Assembly: GCF_022539665.2 (NCBI RefSeq)
Contig: NC_081331.1
Location: forward strand, 3,658,001-3,722,000
Length of the DNA stretch: 64,000 bases
Source: Daphnia carinata
Lineage: Eukaryota
Direction of reading: 5' to 3'
Each line of letters begins with the position of its first letter. The stretch's first letter is position 1. The notes under the pieces are model-generated. The model saw only the letters and a list, made by a program, of their open reading frames with translations, was not told the origin of the DNA and searched no databases. Of the stretch, positions 44,430-59,600 are shown piece after piece. The translations under genes and the position numbers were made by a program.

Positions 44430-44885
44430 TACTTGGCGCACCTAACACCATGTTTGCTAATTTGAAAAATGCTGCTTTCGTTGTAAAGTTGGTGTAACTG
44501 ATGTTGATGGATGCAAGCTACAATCTTGTAATCAGCTGGAATTCCACAGAGCTTAGATAATGCTTCCATAAAATTTGGGATTGCACTCTTTTTTTTGGCA
44601 GTCACGCAATAGCTCATAGCCTTGGTCTCAGTGTATTAGGGTATACATTGCCATTTTCAGGAATTTCAAGAGCGTAAATAGGACTTCTATAGAAGTTACT
44701 GATACAAAATAAGCAATTATTTAGTGAACTGCTTTTGGTATAGCTTCTTTCGTTTTACCTCGTATACCTTTTTTGTTAAATTTTTTAAAAAGTGTTTTCT
44801 CATCACCAGGACATTTGGTCAGTTTAAGCTTTGCCAAATAATTTCCATTCACAGATAATTGGTCAGCATTCCATGGGCTTGAGCC
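44430..44885 (-). pseudogene. Fragmented USP4/USP15-like deubiquitinase pseudogene
   Basis: HGMLTNYL*MEI/(frameshift)YLAKLKL...KKFNK resembles USP15 QGMFVKHCKVEVYLTELKL...RRFSK. TKAMSYCVT...EALSKLCGIPADYKIVACIHQHQLHQLY resembles TKPMQYKVV...[28 protein letters not shown]. Reference sequences recalled from memory. Stops and frameshifts present; the intervening catalytic part is missing. Confidence 0.7.
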
Positions 44886-45625
44886 TAAACATACAAAAGA
44901 GGCAGATACGGATTTATGTAGTTTTTAGATTAATCAATGCCCAAGAGCAATTTGGTACTAAAACCAACAGCTTTCATTCCGGTTCAGGTACCAAAACATA
45001 ACCAAAACGGGTACATGTTATAATTCCTCTTTTCTCGAAATAATCTAGTCTCCACCATAATCAACACGAAAGTTAACAACGTTGCGACATTTTCATAACA
45101 AATTTGAACCCAAAATTTGGTTAACAGCCGAAATGCTGTAGAACTTCTTAAAATTTTCTTATAAAAAAATAATAATTAAATAATAATTTAAATAATGGAT
45201 AATAATTAAATAATTTTTTTGTTTTAATGCATCATTACTTGTTACCATAAAAAATAGTAAAAATTGCAATTGAAAGAACTTGCACTACTTTCGTTCTTTC
45301 CAATCATCCGCCATTTGTAGTTGTGCAGGCGATCACGTAGCTTGAAGGTATTGCCTTCCGTAATCTTTAGAGCTTAGTTTTAAGATATTTTATTGTAATT
45401 AATTTTGCTATGTTATTGCGGTATCTATGTCTATTATTTCTAGTTGGATTAAGAGAGATTAAAGATTTTTCGTCCTGTTTATTATTTTGTTTGGTACAAA
45501 GTACCGGGTAAAAAGTACCGGATTGATAGTACAGGATTAATTAACGTGCTTATATAAATATTTGCGTTTGAATAAACCTTCGATACAGACCTAATTAATC
45601 TTAAAACTAACTTATCTAAATAGAA

Positions 45626-46324
45626 ATGGCGAATCATCTGGTGAGGTATGCTGCGCAACAATCTAAGGCTAGGATCAGCCCAATCATTTCTCAAGCTAGG
45701 TCGGCCCATGATCATGCCCATGATCATCACGAGGTTGGAGATCCTATCAAGACTATCATTGGAAACCGAGACATTGTTGGTTATGGTATGAATGGCCAGC
45801 CAAACTACATCGACCGTGTTGACTTTCCTCTTCCAGCTATCCGCTACAAGGAAGCAACGCCAGACATTCAGGTAGCATTTTTTACCAAAAATATAGAGTT
45901 GAAAGATATAATGAGATTTGTATTATGTAGGTTTTGAGAGAGAAGGAAAAGGGAGATTGGCATAAATTGACCATCGAAGAAAAGAAAGCTTTGTACAGAG
46001 CATCTTTCTGCCAGACCTTTGCTGAGATGAAAGCACCTACTGGTGAATGGAAGTCTGTTCTTGGGTTTGCCTTGATTGGATGTTCCATTGCATGCTGGAT
46101 TTATATCTGGATGAAGCAATATGGTAATTTTTTCTTTGAGTGTATGAGGTTTCAGATTTAAATATCTAATGAGCTGTTCTTTAACAGTGTATGCTCCCTT
46201 GCCTGTGACTTTCTCTCCTGAGAGGCAACAAGCTCAACTGGAGAGAATGATTAATATGCAAATTGCACCTATTGAAGGTCTTGCATCGAAATACGACTAC
46301 GAGAAGGGAAGATGGAAGGAGTAA
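45626..46324 (+). CDS. COX4: Cytochrome c oxidase subunit 4
   Basis: Exons 45626-45871, 45931-46123, 46188-46324. IGNRDIVGYGMNGQPNYIDRVDFPLPAIRY; LREKEKGDWHKLTIEEKKALYRASFCQTFAEMKAPTGEWK; TM; PIEGLASKYDYEKGRWKE. Confidence 0.97.
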
Positions 46325-46621
46325 TTTCGTTAATAGTAACATTATTGTCAGACCATCAGAGACATTGTACACAGTAGTATCAACATCCATTATGTAGCCG
46401 AAGATAAGCCAAGCTCGATGGATGTTATCGATTGGCTACTAAAAAATACATCGGTCGAATATGTAAAATATTGTTTTTTTTCTTCTTATTCGGGAGAGGA
46501 TTTCATAAAAAAAAAGAAAAACTTAAGACAGTAGTCTTGTTTAAGGTGCAGCAGTTATTTACAAATTGCTTACTGGCCATATAGGTGATAAAGAAAAAAA
46601 TTCAATACAAAGCTATTAGGA

Positions 46622-49122
46622 TTAGTGTTCAGAAACTTTTAGAAAATCCCATTTGGCAGCTGTTGTATCAGTACAAACTGTCATGACGACAGACGTATTT
46701 TCAAGTACCGGATTGGCAAAATCTTCAATCCCAGACTTTGAGATTCCGAGGCACAAACCAGCTGCAATATTGTAAACCGGTGTATCTATCTATACATAAA
46801 CGAACGAAATTGTTACACTGTGAACGTTTGTCTTATAATATAAAAAAAAACTTACATCATCGTGGTGTTTCCATTCCTGAAGTCCGCCCATTTCGTGGCA
46901 TTTAGAGAGACGAGGTTTCTGTCGAGAACTTTCTGGCGATTCCAAACACAGCATTTGAGCCAGTATCATTTCCCCCTTATCTGTCACAGACCATAACTAC
47001 ACACTCGTAGATAAGTTAAGTTTCATTCTGGAAAAACTAATCCATTTTTTCTTACTTGTTTTTTAGTTTTTGCGCATACACCCATTTGTAACACAGAACC
47101 TTTCGAAGTCACTTCTTTTTCACTCTCCACGCAAAGGTTACTACCCGACAATTTGATCTGTATTTACAAACCATAAAGCAATATAGTGAAGAATTATATA
47201 AGTAAAAACTTAAATTCACTGTCTTACTTGGTACGTTGCAATATAATTTTTTCTATGGTACATGCGGCGTGACTGGAGTTTACTATTTGTTTCTTTCTTG
47301 GATGTCTTATTGCCTTCCTTTCCAGGAATTGCTAGTTCCGGATATCTAAAATAGCAGGAAATACTTCATGCGTACAACAAAACAATAGTAAAAAAAATAC
47401 GTACATGTTTTTGAGGTACCAATCGAACGACTGACATTTCATTAGTCGACGCAAACGCTGACGGGGTCCAACGTCTCCATAAGTTATATGTCTAGCATCA
47501 GGTCGTACGTGGAAAAAGTGTTCCTAACAATACGGAACTAATGCTTCTCACTGTGTTATCATTATGTGGTTATTATTATGTTTTTTACAATATATTCATC
47601 GAGCCAAACGTGTGCCGCACGTAGGGAATTGTACGTCATGGTATCCTCGCCGTTAGGACTACCATATGGCCTGCGACGCCGAAAAACATGTCCCACACGA
47701 GAGCAAGGAATTATCTCTAGTCTTCCGCCACACATCCAAATCTGAAAGCGACAACTCAAAGTATGGAGTCATTAATCTCATAAAAACTGAATTGATGTAC
47801 CCTAAAAGATATTTCTAAATTTTCACCGCCCCAAACGTTCATTCCTGCATCGTACTCCCCTATGTCGAAGAAATATTCTCTTTCTATGGCAAACAGTCCG
47901 CCAGCCATTGTGGGCGATCTAAAAATTCAATACTAAACTAGTGTTTGTAAAATAATTACAAACGTTGTTTGTACGTACAATATTGGTTTGACAAAATCTT
48001 CATCCGACTTAAGAGAGTCATCCGGTAAGCTGTCCCACTTAAAATGTAGACCCCAATTGAACCCACCACGAACTAAAGGCGAAGACGTGTACTGGAATGT
48101 GTCAGAATTGATTATATCAATTATTGGAGTGACGACGAACGTTCGATTCTCTTGAATTCTTGCTACGAGAGGTTGAACCCATTTTTTATTCACTTCACAG
48201 TGTGAATCTAAAAATATTAATACCTGAAAATATTTTGATTAATTTTTTTAAAAAATTTTATAAAATTGTTATTTATTACTTGTCCTGTGGCCTTTTTTGC
48301 GCCAAATATTCGTGCTCTAATAAGACCCTCGCGCCTGCTAGTTTTAAGTAGTTGCACCTTGGCGGGGAAATTCTTGGCAACAAAGTCCTGTACTTCATCA
48401 TGAATTTTTCCTAAAATCATTGGATTAAAACTGATATACCTTAAACTCATGATATTTTTTGCTGTTATACCTGCATCACTGTTGTCATCAACTAACAAAA
48501 TTTCATGGAGCAGTTCACTAGGGGTTTGATCAAGAACTGAGTGCACAGTCCTAAAAAGAGTGTTTGGATCTTCATTGTAAAAGCAAATTATAACACTGGT
48601 ATTTAGATACAATGTTGGGTATGTCTGGGATCGACACCTGCAAAAATAACAAAAAGAAACCTGAAAAGTTTGCAAGGATCAAATAAAGCTATTTGTAAAT
48701 TACATTTTATGCCGAGAGTCAGGAATGGCTCTGTGGTAGTCCAGCCTCGAGCTCACGAGTACATTAAAGGCATGCTTGCTATAGCCTTCTTCTCTGATTT
48801 TTTGGTCTTCACTGTTCCTAACTAAACCAAGATTGGTTTCTAGGTGCTTCACAGCAGGGTTACTAGTTTTAATGTTTGAACTATGGCCTATATTTCCCTT
48901 ATTTTTGTTTTGATCAACTTCATCAAGCGCGTTGTCTACGATAATAGGAAGCGTTCTGGTGCCTGCTTTGACAGTGGCAATGAAGGGAAGTGCCGACGAA
49001 AAATGTTGCAGTGCCGTGCTGTTGCTTTTAGGGTTTAATGAAATGTAGAGATACAAGACAATACACCAAGTGATTGAAGTGAATACAATTCCCAAGAAAA
49101 ATGGCTTATAAGAAGCTCTCAT
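46622..49122 (-). CDS. pgant35A: Polypeptide N-acetylgalactosaminyltransferase, GALNT11/pgant35A type (multi-exon)
   Basis: N-terminal signal anchor; [111 protein letters not shown]-terminal ricin-type lectin repeats; stop TAA at 46622-46624. Confidence 0.93.
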
Positions 49123-49243
49123 TTTCGGTTTACTTTCGGAAATACTGTAGGAAAGAGGATTCTATGTTCCGAATTACAGATTTACATTCTAAAGTGAGCG
49201 GCGTGAACATCAAACCTGTTTGTTGTTTTGTGAAAGTAAGCGA

Positions 49244-49265
49244 ATCGATATGGCGTTTATCGATA
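49244..49265. promoter_or_regulatory. DRE-like motifs (TATCGATA at 49258-49265 and a near match at ~49244) upstream of the GalNAc-transferase
   Basis: Perfect arthropod DRE palindrome ~140 bp upstream of the ATG of a housekeeping-type gene. Confidence 0.5.
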
Positions 49266-49751
49266 CAAACGCGATGTCTTCGATTCCAATGCCCTCCTAA
49301 TAAAAAAAAACATACTATTTTGCAAATTGCATTTTTCGTTTGATTTTTAATTAACAAAATTTCAGGTTTATAATACTTCTTATAATTTTAAATTAGTAAA
49401 AATTCATTCCAACCAGCCAATATGCTGGTACCGGTACCGGTATGAGGTGACCGACAAGGGAGAAAGAGAATAATCTAAATCTACGGATGTTCTTTCATCA
49501 CCGAAACACATGATAGCGATCATGGCAAAATTAATTAGAAAAAATTTTTTAGATCCATTTAAACTCATGGGGGGTACTATACTATGAAGATGATTTACTT
49601 GAATAATGAAAAAGCAATGTAAAAAGGTATTTAATTATACAGTAGATATTGTGTTTCAGAAAATGTACACTTTCTTTTAAACCCAGGAGGGACAGACGTT
49701 GTAGAACAATATTCTTTTGTGGGACGATAAAGGAGCGTTCGTCATCACGGA

Positions 49752-51947
49752 TTATGAATTATTAGCATTGAAATCGAGGGTGCGAATCGGTAGGCCATAT
49801 ACCACTGCTGCAGCTCCCGTTAAAAAGTTTTTAGTAATGGGACGAGCCTGTGCCACAGCACGAAGGACTTCAGGTTCTAACTGTTCTGGGGGAGACGGTA
49901 GGTCTGTTTTATTCGTCTTCAGATTGGGCGGTGTTTGATTTTGTTTTCCTATCCTGTCACGCTTCCGGGCTCCCAAAAGAAGATCGAGAAGGCGAACAGT
50001 AAACCGATCGCAATCGACATCCGTCACCTCCCATAACATTCCAATCATCCCCGGGCTAGAAATTAGTTAATTTATAAGACTGAAGATCTTCGTAATGTAA
50101 AGCTGATAAAACTGTGTACCTTCCAGCCAAAAGGTAACAGATAGGTGCTCCGGTCGGATCGACTATCCTTCCGCTTCCAGTTAGTTGTCCACTAGAACAC
50201 CCCATAAGAATAGGTGTCGCGCGACAATCTAGTTTAATCAAATGATCGTTCGGCATGTATTTTGAGCCTGAACCATGACCGCAGTACCTGTAGGATCATA
50301 TTGGTTTAAAATAAAGTATCAATGAAAATTATAGAAAATTGGTATACAAAAAAATGTCCCGCTCCATTAAAGATTGTTTGATCTGTTGCTCGACAGGGAT
50401 AGATCCACTTAGACCACAATGTTTCCCCCATATTTTTTCTAAAATTGGCTGAAGTCGTAATTGAACTCCAGGAAGATCTTGTCCTGGGTTGAGTATGTAG
50501 TAGGCTAGATTTGGATTTACTTCAACGCCAATTGATGGTAACTTCAGGTTTGTCCTAGGAGAGATGACGCTTCGAGGTGCATTTTGCACAGATCGATGAA
50601 GCGTATGTTTTAATGTAAGCGAATTTAGAAAATGGAGAGATGGTATCCGAGAGACGGGTGTTGTGTCTAGCATCGCGATACTTTCCCATGGTAATTGTTG
50701 AATAACCTTAAATCAAGATTTGAAGACAAGAGTTGTAGCGTGTGAAACATGTAAATGGTTAGGTCTGACCTTATCTAGCACGAGGATGACTGGATTCCGC
50801 TTGGCATATCTCAACTTTTCAAGTTCAGGCTGCACAGTTTTGAAATAACCAACCAGCTCGGTGATCAATGGGTTTCTAACTACGGTGTTTAGTATTTTCA
50901 CCAAACCACGGACTAATTGCTGACGGCTAAGGTAAGGGTGGCAAGATATTAATAGTTTAAGCCAAATTTCCTCGTCGACGGTAGCGTTTCGTTTCATTTT
51001 TTTCATCAAGTGTATTACAGATGAAGTCACGCGATTCAGCAACAGAACATCGGCCGCATCACTGAGTTCACCAATTAGTAGACATTTGCTAAAATCTAGC
51101 CACCAATTTTCAAGTGAATCAACCAGCACCTAAGATATGGAAAAATTCATAGCAAAATATGGAAAAATATTTAATTCATTTTACCTTCAACTGATCGTGG
51201 TGTTCTTGTTTAAGTTTCCAGTACTGTGCGCGATTCCCGCGGAAATCTCTGTTAACGATGCGATTGTTTTCCAAGATTTTGTTCAATTCAGCTAATAAAC
51301 TTCCATCAGATAAACCACCAGCTGGTTGATCTATGAATTTTGTTAAAAAGGATCCATTTTTTCCTCCATGAAAGCGGGCAATTATCAGTTTGGGTAAACT
51401 GTAGACAGGTGGAGGCGGACCAAATCCTTGCATCTTCAAACTTTCATGACCTTGCCACATTTCTGATATGTGAACAACTGCCCATTCAGGAGGAAGACTG
51501 TAAAGCCAAGTCGGAAAGTCGGTTTTTGTAAACTGGAAACATTGATCCAACTGGCAAATAGTTCTTGAGTCTTCTTCCCCTCCTTGTGTTGTTGGATTGC
51601 TCTTACTAAGTTTCTTCTTAGCTCTATCACGATGGGCATTTACTGCTGCATGTCGGATGGCAACACAGTGGGCATCAACTAGATGTGCAAAGCCTTTATG
51701 GTTTTCTTTTTTATGAAATAAATTTTCTGCCTTTTGCTTTAGTAACACTGCAAATTCCCATATACAAGCAGCAATTAGTTTGTTTTACAAGCAAAAATGT
51801 TTGTTTTTTGCAACAATAACTAAAATTAATGATTATTTTACCTGCATAAAAAGGAGAACATGGGAAGGGTTGATTCAAACATATTGTTTTCTCCAAGATA
51901 TTTTTAGACTCCAACACATTTTTCAGGTAGACTGTACTTGCACTCAT
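49752..51947 (-). CDS. ESPL1: Separase (peptidase C50), short protease-only form, ~619 aa
   Basis: Exons 51947-51842, 51747-51185, 51129-50770, 50706-50348, 50287-50120 and 50055-49752 splice in frame. PVILVLDK, QQLPWES, PVSRIPSLHFL, YYILNPGQDL, catalytic FLYCGHGSG and LMGCSSG, GMLWEVTDVDCDRF, LTGAAAVVYGLP. Confidence 0.93.
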
Positions 51948-52454
51948 CTTATAGGGGGTTGGCAGCCCAGAATTTGAATTTCTAGTTTGCTTTCGGTTCC
52001 TAGCCTTTCATTTTATCTGTTAGTCCCAACAGCATTGTCATCGATGTGTAACTCGATTCTTACAACAACAAAAAAAAAAACAAAGAAAAACAAAAATAGA
52101 TAAGAAAACGTATAACGTATAAGTAAAAAAAACGTATTAATGACAAACAGCATTGAGTTTAGAAAAATAAAACATCTGATTTAATCGTTGGCAACTTTTG
52201 GAATTTGGATTTGTTTTTATTTATGAAGTTCTGTTCTGTCTGCTCTGTCTTTCAGTTGTCCTTTTCAGTGGCTCATTTAACAGTTCGTTATTTTTGAACG
52301 TATCGCTTGCATGTTATCTACTGCCACAAGCCTGCAATAAGTTATGTTTAGTGTAGTTGTGTTAAAGTGAAATATAATACAATAACAGTTACATTGATTA
52401 TTTTTGCACATGGTTTGACCATCTTCGTTGTAACGAGTTTTCCGAAGAAGTGCA

Positions 52455-53081
52455 ATGGAAAAGCAATCAACCTATTTTTACTTCTCATATGGTAGTAACA
52501 TGCTGAAAGAGAGGATCCAAATAAATGACATTAATGCCATACCATATGCTGCAGCCAGATTAGATGTAAAGATATCAAAGGCAATCATCAGACTGTTATT
52601 TAAATTTATCCTCGATTTCAGGATTATCGCCTTGATTTTAACTATAGAAGCCTTCGCTGGATGGGAGCGGTTGCCACAATTGTTGAATCTCCTGGCTGCC
52701 ATGTGTGGGGTGTTGTGTGGATTAAAGAAAACAATACTATTACAGCTCTAGACAAGTAACATTCTTTCTAAATTAAGTAATGAACAATCAATTTAGTAGG
52801 TGTGTTACAGTCAAGAAGGTGTTCATCAAGAAATATATAGGCCTTTATCTGTCCAAGTTGTGACTCTTGAGGGAGAGACCCTGATCTGCCGATGTTACCA
52901 ACAGACAAGAGAGTGGGAAATAGATAGAAGACCTTCAGCAGTGTACAAAAATATCATGATAAGAGGAGCAAAAGAAAATGGTATACCTGACCACTACATC
53001 AAGAATAATTTGGAAACTATTGAAGATAATGGTTATAATGGTGAAGTGCAAGTGAAAATGGATCTGTTGCAAAAAACCTAA
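52455..53081 (+). CDS. GGCT: Gamma-glutamylcyclotransferase
   Basis: Exons ~52455-52565, 52622-52755, 52811-53081. YFSYGSNML, ARLDDYRLDF, WMGAVATIV, VWGVVW, LDKQEGV, RPSAVYKNIMIRGAKENGIPDHY. Confidence 0.93.
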
Positions 53082-53429
53082 CTCTAGGATACTAGAACCA
53101 ATCTGATCATCACCCATCTTTAAAAAGATGACAATCAGTTCAAAATTTTAAACAATGCCATAAAATCTAGAAATTTAGTTCTAGTTCCCCATTATTAATG
53201 TAAACTAGTGCATGTGAATACATAACACAATGAAATAATAGCTATGCTGATTTATTGTTGGTTTTTTTTTTAATTTTCCTGAGCTTTGCAGTAACCTCCT
53301 GTTTGTTTTGTTTTACATCTAAATTATGATAAAAAAAAAAATTTGTTTGACATAACGGGTCACGATTTGCTGTAAGTATATGTATTACCGTTTAGTTACG
53401 TAGCAATTTTCATCGTTCTTCATTCCTTT

Positions 53430-56604
<3,175 letters not shown>

Positions 56605-59600
56605 TATCGAAGCAGTCGTAATAAAATCAAAACAACCATGTGTGTTTTTGAATACTGTTCGTGATCATACGGTGTTACTAATGTCAGCAGGGTTCGTGGA
56701 GCCAGCGCCCGGCAGAGGTCCTTTGCCAGCACGGCAGCGCCATCGATCGGCGTGCCGATAGTAAAGCAACGTATCGTGTTTTGACTTATGGCTAAAACGA
56801 TTTATAAATCAAGATCAACTTCCCCCCGGTTAGCCGTTCCAGGATATGATAACTTGCTGTGAATTGAAATCAATTATTGAAGAATATATTGAAAAAAAAA
56901 AAGAACTCACGAAACTCAAACAGTAACCGCCTATTGAATGCATTATCCATAAGACTAGCTTGAATTTCGAAACGGAGCGTAAGATAGCGGAATAAATGTG
57001 CACATGTTGTACATTAATCACCAGTCCTTTCGAAGTGTTCTGAATGCATTGAACAAGCGCGAATAATGGAAGCCAATAGCCCCAGCAAATAAATAAGTTT
57101 ACATGACAGTGGTGCGATGAACATTTCGTGTTTACTTTGCGTTTCCCACCAAAAGACCATGTATATGCTCTACTCCTTGAAATTTCCTGCTGTTTAGCTG
57201 TCGGGTCCTGCAAAACATGAACAATGGTATATACACCGTACATCTTAGCTAAAGAAATGAAAATATATCTAAATATATTAAATGCACGCGTGCAGAGCTT
57301 TCGGCCATGGTTTCCATGCAGGTGGAATTTTAAAAAAGAAATTTGCATTAAGAGCGTGTGCACCTCAGGTACAACAATTTTCTTTCGTGAGGGTTGGGAT
57401 AACGTGGGTGTACATGTAATTTCAACTATTATGTACCGATAAATGGTCAGTTTTTTTGTTGTTGTTACGAGATTTTTTTTCATTAGGCGCTTGCTTCTAT
57501 TATCCGCATTTTCATCTCTTATTTTCTTGTTCGTCTTGTCTGTTTAAATGCGCGTGTTAATAGTCTTTTATTTATTTTTTTCCGTTAGGTTTTCACCTCG
57601 GCAGGTCAAGTATCATCACGCGGACGCTCTTCATCTTCGGTTGTTATTCATTAACCGCGTGTCTATTTTTTTTTCCTCTCTCTATAGGAAGGAACCAAAT
57701 GAAAATTCCCAAATTGTATCGTGTTTTTGTTTGTTTTGAAAAAAAGGAGAAAAAAACCTTATGCTGAAACAGCTGATCCGTATTATCTGATAAGAGTTTA
57801 GCCGACGTCTGTAATCAGCGATGGTCAGAAAAGCAACATCACCTGGCCTGGGCGGCGAGAGAAAATGATCAGCTTTCCTTATTGTCTCCCCACCTTCCCA
57901 CCTCCTTCATTTCATTTTTATATATGTGGATGATAAGTGGAAAGTGGTTAATAAACGCCATCATTACACCGGCTGTTCCATGATTTATGCGCCAACAAGT
58001 CTGGCGTTCAAAAATTTCGAAATGCTGACGAGCACGACAGGTGTGTATCTATCCATGTGCGTAAGAGTTTTGAAATTCAAATTGATTCGCGCTGCTTCGT
58101 GACAGCTTAAGTTTTTTATATGATCATGGTACATAGCCATTTCATTTTTTTATCTATTGTTTATTTTTTTTTTGTGTGTTCTCTTATTTTTGTAACTACA
58201 GCTATTTTTTCAAATTTCATAACTTTCGTTGTTGTCAGTGAACAGCCTTAATGATTTTCAATTCATTTCGTTTCGTAACTCCCACACAGCTTTGGTAGCC
58301 GTAATTAATCCACATTCCATTTCCCATAGAAATTAACATTTTAATTCCACGTAACCAGCACTTTAGCAACATCTTAACCTCTTTGTGCACGCTTTAAAAA
58401 AATTATTTGAAAGGGAAAATTTTTGCGATATCAGCTACCACCTCGATTATGAACAAGTTAGATGAAATGTCAGCGATGTTAACAAAGACATTATCTTATA
58501 TCGAATTACTGTACACTACCTTGTCTCAATATCCTCCACAATCACATAATGATATGAGGCGATTTGTCTTGTTAAAAAATAAGTTCATGAAGAATCTAAA
58601 ACACGGGCTTGTTGACAATTGTAAATGCAATCATTTAGCAAGCGCGACATTGAAAAAGAGAAAATCAGCGTTTAATACAGTAACGAAGCCGTACCTAATG
58701 GAAATCTACTCGTATTAACAGTCAATTCCGTCGTAATCCAGGGATCCATCAAAACACACAGCAAAAACAATTCAATCTTTTTTTTTGTGGCAAAATAAAA
58801 GTAGGTGACCCATCTACAACCACTATATACGTAAAATATGCATATAAGCAATATACGTAAAAACGACAGACACTATGTACCGTTTTAACAACAAGTAGAA
58901 AGGCACGGCCTTTCTTTTTCCTCTCACCTGATGCATTGCATTTTACCTGTCGGATAGAACAAGTTCTTTCTTATTGTCGATGGCAGAGAAATTCTCTTAT
59001 GGAATGTATTACGCCCCTGACAAAATTTTCATCCACCTTTTTTTGCAATGCGCCAAAATGTATATAGGAAAGGAAGAACGGTATCTCTCTGCGGTCGAGG
59101 CCAACAGCGCAAATATTTTACATAATGACCTATCAATAAATCCACGCTGTCAGGTGTGCACCACCTCATACGCCAAACATCCCAGTTTCTCGAGGCAACT
59201 TTCGCTTCTCTCACGTTGCGTAACGTGGACGTGTCCAAAAAAAAACCAACAACAAGGCAGGTGCGAAACATTGAATTCCCGAGAAACAGCTTTTTAACCT
59301 CAGCTTTTCCGCATAAACACCTGAACCAAATATTTCGGCAAATTAGATTACATAACATAATTTACCGACGTTTTCTCGTATTGCTTTTCCGCACTAGCAA
59401 GTTTCTTGAATTTCCCTAGAAAGACCTGTAAATTGTACTGCAGTCTACACACACACAAAAAAGAGAACAACAACCTAATTTGATGTTGACGTTTGTGACT
59501 GACAGTTCTAGTTCCTATTCCATATTACAGCTATGCATCATCTTCCATAACTGGTGGTCAAGTTTTACAACCGAATTGCAATTTGTTCGAGCACCTGTTT

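Noticed and set aside
56830..57483. 217 aa minus-strand ORF upstream of LARS2
   Set aside because: No recognisable motif and its composition resembles random AT-rich translation. It cannot be fully excluded without expression data.
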